Assembly (NCBI GenBank): GCA_032718475.1
Contig: JAUCBJ010004707.1
Coordinates: 1-64,000 of the forward strand
Origin: Nemertoderma westbladi
Lineage: Eukaryota; Animalia; Xenacoelomorpha
Reading direction: 5' to 3'
Length of the DNA stretch: 64,000 bases
Shown here: in pieces, positions 1-10,830 of the stretch
Layout: each line of letters opens with the position of its first letter
Numbering within the stretch: the first letter of the stretch is position 1
Notes under the pieces: model-generated
Databases searched by the model: none
The model's input: only the letters and a program-made list of their open reading frames with translations
Told to the model about the DNA's origin: nothing
Translations under genes and position numbers: made by a program

Positions 1-1570
1 AGAAGTGAAGGATGCTATAAAGAGCATTAAGACTAATCGTGCCAGTGGAGTAGATGGTGTTCCCCCTGAGGTCTTTAAAATACCTGAGTGTTTAAAGCTC
101 ATCTATCCCATCATAGTAGACATGTACCGAACAACAAGAGTCCCACAAGAAATGAAAACAAATAAGTTGGTGCCAGTTCCCAAGAAGGGCAACCTAACAC
201 TCTATGGTTCTTTTCGGGGAATTTCATTGATCTCGATTGCCGCAAAGCTATACAATAGAACTCTATTAAATCGCATCAGGGATCCCATTGAGAGACTGCT
301 TCGTGGAAATCAGAATGGGTTCCGTAAAGGTCGTGGGTCCATGGAGCCAATTTTGGCACTTAGAAGGATAATTAAAGAGTTATCAAAAAAGAAAGACAGG
401 CATCTTATCTTTGTTGACTTCTTCAAGGCCTTTGATTCAGTCTCTCGCTCACGTATGTTCAGCATACTTTCATTATATGGGATTCCTGATGAAATTATTT
501 CAGCAATCAGATCAGTATACGATGGTTCGACAACATTTGTGTCTACTGTTGACGGTGACACAGAACCATTTGAAGTGTTATGGGGCGTCCTCCAGGGAGA
601 CACACTTGCACCATTCTTGGTCATAATTGTGGTTGACTATGTTTTACGCATGTCCTTAGATCATCATAATGATGATGGGGTGATGATGATAACTCCACCT
701 ACTGGCTCCAGAAGTTGAGGAAATCCTGCCAAGTACCTAACTGATCTAGACTTTGCTGATGACTTAGGAGTACTCTCAGAAGTCACTAGAGGGAGCCCAA
801 CGGCTCCTCAGCTCATTAGAACATGCTGCTTCTAGTGTTCGTCTTTTATTAACTCCAGAAAGACCAAAATTTTGACAGTTAACTTTGAAAGTCCTCAGCA
901 AGTCTCTGATCGGATGAGCATAAGCTCAAAGGATGGTATGCTTGAGCAGGTGGACGACTTCTGTTACCTGGGATCATGGATCCGGAAGCCAGGTGAGGAC
1001 CTTCGAATACGTAAGGGAAAGGCATGGGCATCCTTGAATAGGCTTTCCAGGATTTGAAAGTCACCGAGAATTAATCGGAAACTTAAGGTCCGATTATTTA
1101 GAGCAGCAGTAGTTCCAGTACTCCTCTATGGGAGTCCATGCTGGGCTCTAATTGCCGAGGACACCAAATCTCTGCATGGCACATTCTCAAGAATGCTACG
1201 CCGGGTTCATTGTGTCAAGTACAATGCACACATCTCCAACCAGACACTATATAACATTGGAGGTATCTCATTGGTTCCTCCGAGCTTGACACTAGAACAA
1301 AATCGCCTCCGCTTTGCAGGACATTGCTTTCGCCGTGAGGACCAGCCAGTGTATAATCTTGTACTTTGGCAGCCTCATGGAGTGAATAAGCATAGTGAAC
1401 AGCCCATTACTTTCTTGAGATGCATCTTAAAGGACACTGGCCTTGAAGATGCGGATGATCTAGTAAATGTCATGGGTGATAGGGAGTTGTGGCGGCGCAA
1501 TTTTGTCGACAAGCCGTCACAGAATTCTTAAAAATGCAGCAGCAATGCAGCATGCCGATCCTAGTAGTGG
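1..1570 (+). mobile_element. Decayed non-LTR retrotransposon (RTE-like LINE), RT domain and C-terminus, intronic; 5' part outside window
   Basis: ORF 5-718 has LINE RT motifs (PKKGNL...FRGISL, QNGFRKGR, FVDFFKAFDSV, GVLQGDTLAP). After an in-frame TGA at 716-718 the same frame continues YLTDLDFADDL. Further fragments FCYLGS and RLRFAGHCFR...LVLWQP lie in other frames, so the element has frameshifts. 3' limit approximate. Confidence 0.92.
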
Positions 1571-1641
1571 TGCTGGCGTAGGTGTAGGTGTTGCCTTTAC
1601 CCCCGACTATTGATAGAATGCCATTATCTTTTACTTCTTAG

Positions 1642-1759
1642 GTTCTAGCTACAGACCAAGATGAACCGACTTCTAGCGAACCTTTCCATGGTAAGATCGT
1701 CTACAGTCTGCAACCCAAAACTCCGAATTCTCTTTATTTCAAAATCCATCCTTATTCAG
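1642..1759 (+). CDS. cadherin gene exon 1 (numbered within window)
   Basis: ttcttag|VLATDQDEPTSSEPFHGKIVYSLQPKTPNSLYFKIHPYSG|gtgagt; phase 0-1. Confidence 0.88.
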
Positions 1760-2067
1760 GTGAGTCAATTTATTAGGAACATTCTCGGCGCCATTGACTT
1801 CAATCTCTCCTAGTCCTAGAGCCTTTAGGTCACCACACCAAAACCCAAACACTAAAAGTTTCCGCTTTAATTATTTTATATATAGAAGTGTATAATAGTT
1901 TTTGTTGTCGATCAAACTAATTAATAGTTAATTAGTATTACATTAGTTAGTGATTTTGTAATAATGTTATAGTTAATATGGTAATTAAATTTAATTGTTA
2001 ATGTTAGTTTTTTCATATACATACTTCTGTGTATTTAATATTTCAACCTAATTTGAGATAAGCAAAA

Positions 2068-5000
2068 AAGCAGTTGGGCGATACCTGAAGGCTCCCCTTT
2101 CGATAGCTGCCACCCTAATGTAGGGGGGGGCGCTACTCCTATCTGCTACCTTAAGGTAGGGGTGGGCTCTACTCCTCTCTGCTACCCGAAGGTTGGGGTG
2201 GGCGCTACTCCTATCTGCTACCCGAAGGTTGGGGTGGGCGCTGCTCCTCTCTGCTACCCGAAGATAGGGGTGGGCGCTACTCCTCCCTGCTACCCGAAGG
2301 ATGGGGTGGACCTCTACTCCTCTCTGCTACCCGAAGGTAGGGGTGGGCGCTACTCCTATCTGCTACCCTAAGGTAGGGGTGGGCTCTACTCCTATCTGCT
2401 ACCCGAAGGTATGGGTGGGCGCTACTCCTATCTGCTACCCGAAGGTAGGGGTGGGCGCTACTCCTCCCTGCTACCCGAAGGATGGGGTGGACCTCTACTC
2501 CTCTCTGCTACCCGAAGGTAGGGGTGGGCGCTACTCCTATCTGCTACCCGAAGGTAGGGGTGGGCGCTACTCCTATCTGCTACCCGAATGTAGGGGTGGG
2601 CGCTAATCCTATCTGCTACCCGAAGGTAGGGGTGGGCGCTACTCCTATCTGCTACCCTAAGGTAGGGGTGGGTGCTACTCCTATCTGCTACCCGAAGGTA
2701 GGGGTGGGCGCTACTCCTATCTGCTAACCTAAGGTAGGGGTGGGCGCTACTCCTCTCTGCTACCCGAAGGTAGGGGTGGGCGCTACTAATATCTGCTACA
2801 CGAAGGTAGGGGTGGGCGCTACTCCTATCTGCTACCCGAAGGTAGGGGTGGGCGCTCTGCTACCCTAAGGTAGGGGTGGGCGCTACTCCTATCTGTTACC
2901 CGAAGGTAGGGGTGGGCGCTACTCCTATCTGCTACCCTAAGGTAGGGGTGGGCGCTACTCCTATCTTCTACCCGAAGGTAGGGGTGGGCGCTCTGCTACC
3001 CTAAGGTAGGGGTGGGCGCTACTCCTATCTGCTACCCGAAGGTAGGGGTGGGCGCTACTCCTATCTGCTACCCGAAGGTAGGGGTGGGCGCTACTCCTAT
3101 CTGCTACCCGAATGTAGGGGTGGGCGCTAATCCTATCTGCTACCCGAAGGTAGGGGTGGGCGCTACTCCTATCTGCTACCCTAAGGTAGGGGTGGGTGCT
3201 ACTCCTATCTGCTACCCGAAGGTAGGGGTGGGCGCTACTCCTATCTGCTAACCTAAGGTAGGGGTGGGCGCTACTCCTCTCTGCTACCCGAAGGTAGGGG
3301 TGGGCGCTACTCATATCTGCTACACGAAGGTAGGGGTGGGCGCTACTCCTATCTGCTACCCGAAGGTAGGGGTGGGCGCTCTGCTACCCTAAGGTAGGGG
3401 TGGGCGCTACTCCTATCTGTTACCCGAAGGTAGGGGTGGGCGCTACTCCTATCTGCTACCCTAAGGTAGGGGTGGGCGCTACTCCTATCTTCTACCCGAA
3501 GGTAGGGGTGGGCGCTCTGCTACCCTAAGGTAGGGGTGGGCGCTACTCCTATCTGCTACCCGAAGGTAGGGGTGGGCGCTACTCCTATCTGCTACCCGAA
3601 GGTAGGGGTGGGCGCTACTCCTCTCTGCTACCCGAAGGTAGGGGTGGGCGCTACTCCTATCTGCTACCCTAAGGTAGGGGTGGGCGCTACTCCTATCTTC
3701 TACCCGAAGGTAGGGGTGGGCGCTCTGCTACCCTAAGGTAGGGGTGGGCGCTACTCCTATCTGCTACCCGAAGGTAGGGGTGGGCGCTACTCCTATCTGT
3801 TACCCGAAGGTAGGGGTGGGCGCTACTCCTATCTGCTACCCTAAGGTAGGGGTGGGCGCTACTCCTATCTTCTACCCGAAGGTAGGGGTGGGCGCTCTGC
3901 TACCCTAAGGTAGGGGTGGGCGCTACTCCTATCTGCTACCCGAAGGTAGGGGTGGGCGCTACTCCTATCTGCTACCCGAAGGTAGGGGTGGGCGCTACTC
4001 CTATCTGCTACCCGAAGGTAGGGGTGGGCGCTACTCCTATCTGCTACCCGAATGTAGGGGTGGGCGCTAATCCTATCTGCTACCCGAAGGTAGGGGTGGG
4101 CGCTACTCCTATCTGCTACCCTAAGGTAGGGGTGGGTGCTACTCCTATCTGCTACCCGAAGGTAGGGGTGGGCGCTACTCCTATCTGCTAACCTAAGGTA
4201 GGGGTGGGCGCTACTCCTCTCTGCTACCCGAAGGTAGGGGTGGGCGCTACTCATATCTGCTACACGAAGGTAGGGGTGGGCGCTACTCCTATCTGCTACC
4301 CGAAGGTAGGGGTGGGCGCTCTGCTACCCTAAGGTAGGGGTGGGCGCTACTCCTATCTGTTACCCGAAGGTAGGGGTGGGCGCTACTCCTATCTGCTACC
4401 CTAAGGTAGGGGTGGGCGCTACTCCTATCTTCTACCCGAAGGTAGGGGTGGGCGCTCTGCTACCCTAAGGTAGGGGTGGGCGCTACTCCTATCTGCTACC
4501 CGAAGGTAGGGGTGGGCGCTACTCCTATCTGCTACCCGAAGGTAGGGGTGGGCGCTACTCCTCTCTGCTACCCGAAGGTAGGGGTGGGCGCTACTCCTAT
4601 CTGCTACCCTAAGGTAGGGGTGGGCGCTACTCCTATCTTCTACCCGAAGGTAGGGGTGGGCGCTCTGCTACCCTAAGGTAGGGGTGGGCGCTACTCCTAT
4701 CTGCTACCCGAAGGTAGGGGTGGGCGCTACTCCTATCTGTTACCCGAAGGTAGGGGTGGGCGCTACTCCTATCTGCTACCCTAAGGTAGGGGTGGGCGCT
4801 ACTCCTATCTTCTACCCGAAGGTAGGGGTGGGCGCTCTGCTACCCTAAGGTAGGGGTGGGCGCTACTCCTATCTGCTACCCGAAGGTAGGGGTGGGCGCT
4901 ACTCCTATCTGCTACCCGAAGGTAGGGGTGGGCGCTACTCCTCTCTGCTACCCGAAGGTAGGGGTGGGCGCTACTCCTATCTGCTACACGAAGGTAGGGG

Positions 5001-5820
5001 TGGGCGCTACTCCTATCTGCTACACAAAGGTAGGGGTGGGCGCTACTCCTATCTGCTACCCGAAGGTAGGGGTGGGTGCTCTGCTACCCTAAGGTAAGGG
5101 TGGGCGCTACTCCTATCTGCTACCCTAAGGTAGGGGTGGGCGCTACTCCTATCTTCTACCCGAAGGTAGGGGTGGGCGCTCTGCTACCCTAAGGTAGGGG
5201 TGGGCGCTACTCCTATCTGCTACCCGAAGGTAGGGGTGGGCGCTACTCCTATCTGCTACCCGAAGGTAGGGGTGGGCGCTACTCCTCTCTGCTACCCAAA
5301 GGTAGGGGTGGGCGCTACTCCTATCTGCTACACGAAGGTAGGGGTGGGCGCTACTCCTATCTGCTACACGAAGGTAGGGGTGGGCGCTACTCCTCTCTGC
5401 TACCCAAAGGTAGGGGTGGGCGCTACTCCTATCTGCTACACGAAGGTAGGGGTGGGCGCTACTCCTATCTGCTACACGAAGGTAGGGGTGGGAGCTACTC
5501 CTATCTGCTCCCTAAGATAGGGGGGTGGGCGCTACTCCTATCTGCTACCCGAAGGTAGGGGTGGGTGCTCTCCTACCCTAAGGTAGGGGTGAGCGCTACT
5601 CCTATCTGCTACCCGAAGGTAGGGGTGGGCGCTACTCCTATCTGCTACCCTAAGGTAAGGGTGGGCGCTACTCCTCTCTGCTACCCGAAGGTAGGGGTTG
5701 GGCGCTACTCCTATCTGTTTTGCTCCCAGCGATTCAACTGGTCCTCATTTTATCGACCACATTGGCTGAGTGGACCCTAGCAGGACTCGAACCCACAACC
5801 AATAGATTGCAGCCGCCCGG
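2068..5820 (-). mobile_element. tRNA-derived SINE-like element whose internal segment is expanded into the 36-bp array
   Basis: The minus strand has B-box GGTTCGAGTCC (5793-5783), then CACTCAGCC...GGTCGATAAAATGAGGACCAG, resembling SINE central domains from memory. It runs directly into the repeat unit and exits as ...GGCAGCTATCGAAAGGGGAGCCTTC. Ends approximate. Confidence 0.55.
2106..5717. repeat. 36-bp minisatellite (GGTAGGGGTGGGCGCTACTCCTATCTGCTACCCGAA)n, ~100 copies, with interspersed 28-bp deletion units
   Basis: Tandem repeat read directly. 28-bp variants lack ACTCCTAT. Lies within intron 1. Confidence 0.97.
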
Positions 5821-5906
5821 AGCTCATTTTTATCGTTCAGATAAACCCGATGATAATTATTAGTAATTTTTTTTAATTGAAAAAATTTGCTTTCATAACG
5901 TTTCAG

Positions 5907-6052
5907 GACAAATCGAAGTTAACAAACCGTTGGATTACGAGACTTTATCTTCTCATACGATAGTAGTGCACGCAACTGATTTAGGAGTTCCTATCAAAAC
6001 TGCAACTCCCAAAGAAATTATTATAAACATTGGGAATGTCAATGACGTCACA
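5907..6052 (+). CDS. cadherin gene exon 2
   Basis: tttcag|(G)QIEVNKPLDYETLSSHTIVVHATDLGVPIKTATPKEIIINIGNVNDVT|gtaagt; phase 1-0. Confidence 0.92.
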
Positions 6053-6380
6053 GTAAGTAAACTGCAAAAGGATAAGAATAAAATATACCGATGGAACAAT
6101 TAATTGATTATAAATTATGATTCCTAAAATTTACAAATAGGGGGGTTCTTTTACTTCAATTTATTGTTGTGGTTGGAATAAGGTACCACGGCAACCTGCT
6201 CCTTACCCTTAATTGATAATTAATCATTGGGACGAGAGATGAATTTGCCGAGATGGGATATTCGAGAAGTTTCCCCACTGTCTGAAAATTTATTGATAAA
6301 TTATTAAATATGTTAAGTAACAATAGTTCTAGTTATAGTTATTAGTTGTTCGAAGATTAATTTCTCATATTATGATGCAG

Positions 6381-6598
6381 CCGTTGTGCGACCCAGAGGG
6401 GTATATTCTGGAAACACGCGAGGACGAAACAACAAAATCTGTCACTATATCCTGCGGTGATGGCGAAGATTTAGTCGGAGGTTCACCAAAGTTCGAGATA
6501 GTTTCCGTTACCCCGGGCACTGTGGGTTTGTTTACTATCGGTACTACTACAGGAGTGATCACTGCTTCAGGTCCCTTTAATTACGATACGGCAGAGAG
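6381..6598 (+). CDS. cadherin gene exon 3
   Basis: atgcag|PLCDPEGYILETRED...FTIGTTTGVITASGPFNYDTAE|gtaagt; phase 0-2. Confidence 0.9.
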
Positions 6599-6702
6599 GT
6601 AAGTGGTTCCTATTAGTACCGAGAATAACATCATTGTTGTTATGAGAACTTTAAGGAAGATTGCTCCTGACGGATTCCTTTACACGTGTGTTTATTTTTC
6701 AG

Positions 6703-6893
6703 TTATGAAGTTGAGCTAAAGTTCACTGATGATTCTGGCGGTGCTATCGAGAAGACGAGAAGTGTCTTCGTGCATGTATTTATCGCAGATGTAATAAACA
6801 ATCCACCGTTACTCACCGGTGTTCCCGGAGCGATAGCCCTGGATGAGAACACATTAGTAAATACAGCGATACTTGACGCACAATCTAATTATG
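6703..6893 (+). CDS. cadherin gene exon 4
   Basis: tttttcag|YEVELKFTDDSGG...IADVINNPPLLTGVPGAIALDENTLVNTAILDAQSNY|gtgagg; phase 2-1. Confidence 0.9.
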
Positions 6894-7068
6894 GTGAGGG
6901 TTTCATTGTTGTACGTCGATTCGATATTGTTGTTTATTTGTGTATTTTACGTAATTAATAATGTAATTTAAATTAAATAATTAGACTTAAAAATATATTT
7001 AAAAATGTACCATTATAATCATAAATAACATTTTCCATCAACTAAAAATCGTTGAAATATTCCCCCAG

Positions 7069-7275
7069 AAACGGCTTGGGACCTTTGTAAAGCCTCGGGA
7101 TGTTTACCAACCTACGCTTACAGCATATCTCTCAGTCTGCCAGACACGGTAAACGGTTACGGCGATAAATTCAGCATCGATCCATACACTGGCGTACTTC
7201 GTGGAACTAAGACTTTGGATTACGAGAGTTTACTGGCTGATTCGATACCGACAACTGTCGATATCACTGTAACAC
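7069..7275 (+). CDS. cadherin gene exon 5
   Basis: cccccag|(E)TAWDLCKASGCLPTYAYSIS...KFSIDPYTGVLRGTKTLDYES...VDITVT|gttagt; phase 1-1. Confidence 0.85.
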
Positions 7276-7962
7276 GTTAGTACTGTATATTAATTATTAT
7301 TATTTGTAACAAAATGTACAGTAAATTTCATTTATTTATAAATTATATACATCATTATTGCTTTACATTTCAATTAAAGATTGCCCTTCTGCTGATTGGC
7401 AATGATTTTTTTCTCAAACCATATTACGACATACCGAATAATAAAGCAGTTTATCTTACAGTAGGCCTACTAATCAGAATAGTTCTAGAACCGTTTTCTC
7501 AAGACGTACTGTAACATACATAGTAGAGTCAAGGTGTCTGAGTGGATACAAAACCTGAACTTATTAAAGAGATAAACTTTAGACATTAGTTCTTACGCAA
7601 ACCGAACGGTACAATGTGAACCCGGGAGAGTTAATGTATTGATATGAAGTGTTCACTCTACGGTTTTGATTTGCCATCAGTACCATTTAGCAAAGAGCCA
7701 AGAGAGAGAAGGTTCCGGGTTACTTCCGTTGTTTCGTGGTTCACCATCTCCTTTAGCTTTACTTTACAAAAATATTTACCGACCGACGTGTTGCCTGAGT
7801 AGGGGAAGATGTGAATCGTTGTCGTTGACAAACATAACATTAGTCTTCCTACCCTATTGGAAGACAGGTCTAATTAAAATTAATAATAATAATTAATTAA
7901 AATTAATAGTAATAATTCATTATAATAAACTTCTTTGACTTTAAATGGTTTTATTATTTCAG

Positions 7963-8120
7963 TAACGGACACTACCGGTCGAGCTGTACCCACCGGTAGC
8001 TCAGCTACAACGTCGTCTGTCGTCACTGTAAACGTAAAAGATGTGAACGATATAGCCCCGTATTTCACTCCCTCTGCCTCATTCGAGGGTTGTATAGACG
8101 AAATGGGGACTACAGGGACC
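7963..8120 (+). CDS. cadherin gene exon 6
   Basis: tttcag|(L)TDTTGRAV...VVTVNVKDVNDIAPYFTPSASFEGCIDEMGTTGT|gtaagt; phase 1-0. Confidence 0.92.
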
Positions 8121-8419
8121 GTAAGTTAGCAGCAATACTGTACGATGGCCACGCATTATAGCCTATATTACATAGTTTTGTGGGAAATCTTATTTCTGAA
8201 AATATCTAAACAGTATAATTTAATGAAAGGTTATCATTTTTTACTGTTTTGCAACTTTTTATAATATTAATATATACTTTCAGATTTAATTAATAATTTA
8301 GAATAATTAAAAATTAATGCAACAAAACATTTCATGAAATTAATTTAAATAAATGTGATATTTTAATATGTAAATGAATTAATAATATCGTTATTATCAA
8401 ACCGATTTATTTTGATTAG

Positions 8420-8618
8420 GTTTCGGGTGTTAACATGTTGTACAAAGACACGGACTTCCCGCCCACCAACCCCATTACTATACTCCCTTCCTCGAACACG
8501 AACCCGCCCAGATTCGCGATCAGCGGCAACCAGGTCACCTACGGGCCGGTTCCACCTGCGACGACACATTTCGACTTTGATTACGAAACTACTAAGTATT
8601 ATAATCTTACTGTTCTGA
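8420..8618 (+). CDS. cadherin gene exon 7
   Basis: gattag|VSGVNMLYKDTDFPPTNP...RFAISGNQV...FDFDYETTKYYNLTVL|gtaagt; phase 0-1. Confidence 0.9.
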
Positions 8619-8851
8619 GTAAGTTACCATTGTAAAACTCACTAAAATTGTAGTTTAACTGTTGGTAATTTTTTCATCCGTCTGTCTGCATCTGTCTTCA
8701 TCTGTTTTTCCACGTTCCACTTCTCTCAACCGCTCCTCATACTAGCGGATCTAGCGCAACTAATATGTTGGTAATAATCTATAATAAATAAAGTAATTAT
8801 ATTTCACGGGCATTTCTGCCGATCATTGAATCAGTGTATTTCTTGTTTCAG

Positions 8852-9043
8852 TCGCGGACAGTCCGACATCCGGTACTGCACTCACCGGTACCGGTCTCGT
8901 CGTCGTCTGTATTCGTCCGATCAATGAATTCCCTCCCGTTTGGGTCGACGCCACTGACCCGTTTCCCATCGATTTCCCGGAAATAGATGTTTTGGGAAAG
9001 AAAGTTGGATCTGCCGCTATCTCTGCTACAGATGCTGATGCTG
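8852..9043 (+). CDS. cadherin gene exon 8
   Basis: tttcag|(I)ADSPTSGTALTGTGLVVVCIRPINEFPPVW...ISATDADA|gttagt; phase 1-1. Confidence 0.92.
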
Positions 9044-9206
9044 GTTAGTTTATATATATTATACTTTAGCGAGATACTGTGGTAAAAAAACTTGTACTTA
9101 AAAAAAATATTATTAAATATAGGCTAGATCGATCGGATGCCTCCACAGTACCAAGGGACCTCTCTTCCGTTTAACTGGCGCCACTCAATCGCCATGGGCA
9201 CCAAGT

Positions 9207-9336
9207 CTGTGCCTGAGGCACTGCGGCTGTGCCACAAGTATTGTGGCTGTGTCACTAACTCTGTAGCTGTGCTACAAGTATTGTGGCTGTGTCACAAGCT
9301 CTGTAGCTGTGCCACACGCATTGCGACTGTGCCACA
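9207..9336. repeat. Degenerate 20-bp tandem repeat (CTGTGCCACAAGTATTGTGG-like), ~6.5 copies, alternating A/B units
   Basis: Units ctgtgccacaagtattgtgg / ctgtgtcactaactctgtag / ctgtgctacaagtattgtgg / ctgtgtcacaagctctgtag. Confidence 0.75.
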
Positions 9337-9534
9337 TGCAATACCACCTCCAACGCATAAAAGTGACGGAAGGGTTTTTTAAAAATACAGAAGGCCTAAA
9401 ATATAATGAAAAAAAATAAAATAAAATATAATTCACATAATGATTATTATAATTCCACAGTAAATGGAGAAATTATATTCTTAAACATTATACTCTTCTA
9501 GAATCATTAATATGTTTTATTATTATTGCATTAG

Positions 9535-9726
9535 GTATCGATGGCGTCGTTACTTACTCTATTACTCAAGCTCCTTTAGAATTTGTTAATAAGTTTCACA
9601 TGGATGAGTCGACGGGTTGGATTTACAGCACCGGAACTTTTGATAGAGAAGTCATTTCGTCGGCAATAAAGTTAACCGTGAAAGCGATAGATACTGGCGG
9701 GAAAGCAATACAGAAGGAAGTACAAG
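9535..9726 (+). CDS. cadherin gene exon 9
   Basis: cattag|(G)IDGVVTYSI...FHMDESTGWIYSTGTFDREV...LTVKAIDTGGKAIQKEVQ|gtttgt; phase 1-1. Confidence 0.9.
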
Positions 9727-10258
9727 GTTTGTTGTTTTGGTTGCAATAGAACGCGGACGTGTTAAATACAATGTGATAAGTTATTTGCCAGTATTTTAAC
9801 TTTAAGTTTCGTATTCTTCTACATAATATTGCTGGTGTATTTGATCTAACCCGTTTATGTATTGTTATATGCACTGTTTTAATGAACACTGACATTAAGG
9901 CCTAGTAACATAATGCTGACTTCTACTTACAGCCTTATATGGTGTCTCTAAATGGCCAAAATATAAATTATTAATTACCTATATGAAACAGTAAATATTG
10001 TTACTGCACTAACTGCAGTATTAAATATTAATTACTACTGTAATAAATAATCGTTATTACAGTAATAAATAGTTGGTACTGCAGTAACAAATAAATATTA
10101 CTGCATTATGTTTTTGGAGGGGTTTTTATTGTTTGATAGAGGTTTTTATTAATTATTATATTTTGACCTTTTAGAGACGACATACGTTATTTGGCAATCC
10201 TTAATGCTTGTTCGATTACAATACTTATTTCCTGATTGCTAACAATGTATTTTTTTAG

Positions 10259-10428
10259 TTACAATAACGGACGTTAACGATAATATCCCTATTTGCGATA
10301 CATATATCGGTGAGGCCAAGGTTGAGGAAGGAACCGCAGCCGGAGATCAGGATCTATTCAGTCTGAGCGCATTGAACTGTATTGATAGGGACGCAGACGC
10401 ACCGAATAATCAGATATCGTATAGTCAG
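10259..10428 (+). CDS. cadherin gene exon 10
   Basis: ttttag|(V)TITDVNDNIPICDTY...LNCIDRDADAPNNQISYSQ|gtttgt; phase 1-0. Confidence 0.92.
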
Positions 10429-10652
10429 GTTTGTAACCTATAGTAACGTTGTTATAGTACGATGTAAATACCTACTGAGATCATATAACTCTACCTAAGC
10501 CCGCCTCACATGAGTGTTTTTCGTTGCAACAATTTTTATGTTGCTCCCTCAAATATCGTCTATGTGTAACATATTTTTGGTATTATATTGTAAAATATGT
10601 AATGATTAATAAATGTGTTTCAGTGATCTTAACTTTTCGCATTTTAACTCAG

Positions 10653-10830
10653 GTTGGAGTGGCGTGGGACCCATTCAAATGGGATGGGGTGAACAACAAA
10701 GTCCAATGGTCTAACGGGAAATCTTTGGATTACGATTTGGGACCCACAAGTTATACGAGACAAGTTAACGTCGAGGACGGCGGCCTACCGCCGCTGATAA
10801 GGACTGTTACAGTCCATATTGAGGTTACAC
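10653..10830 (+). CDS. cadherin gene exon 11 (its 3' end is the first unit of the 27/29-bp array)
   Basis: actcag|VGVAWDPFKW...SLDYDLGP...VEDGGLPPLIRTVTVHIEVT+C|gtgagt; phase 0-1. Joining to exon 12 gives HIEVTPKNEFTP, matching other linkers in the protein (VLPKNEYTP, VTPSNEFPP). Confidence 0.9.

Noticed and set aside
2162-5780. ORFs of (GATPICYPKVGV)n and (SSAHPYLRVADR)n
   Set aside because: Translations of the 36-bp unit inside intron 1. Exons 1 and 2 join in phase without them.
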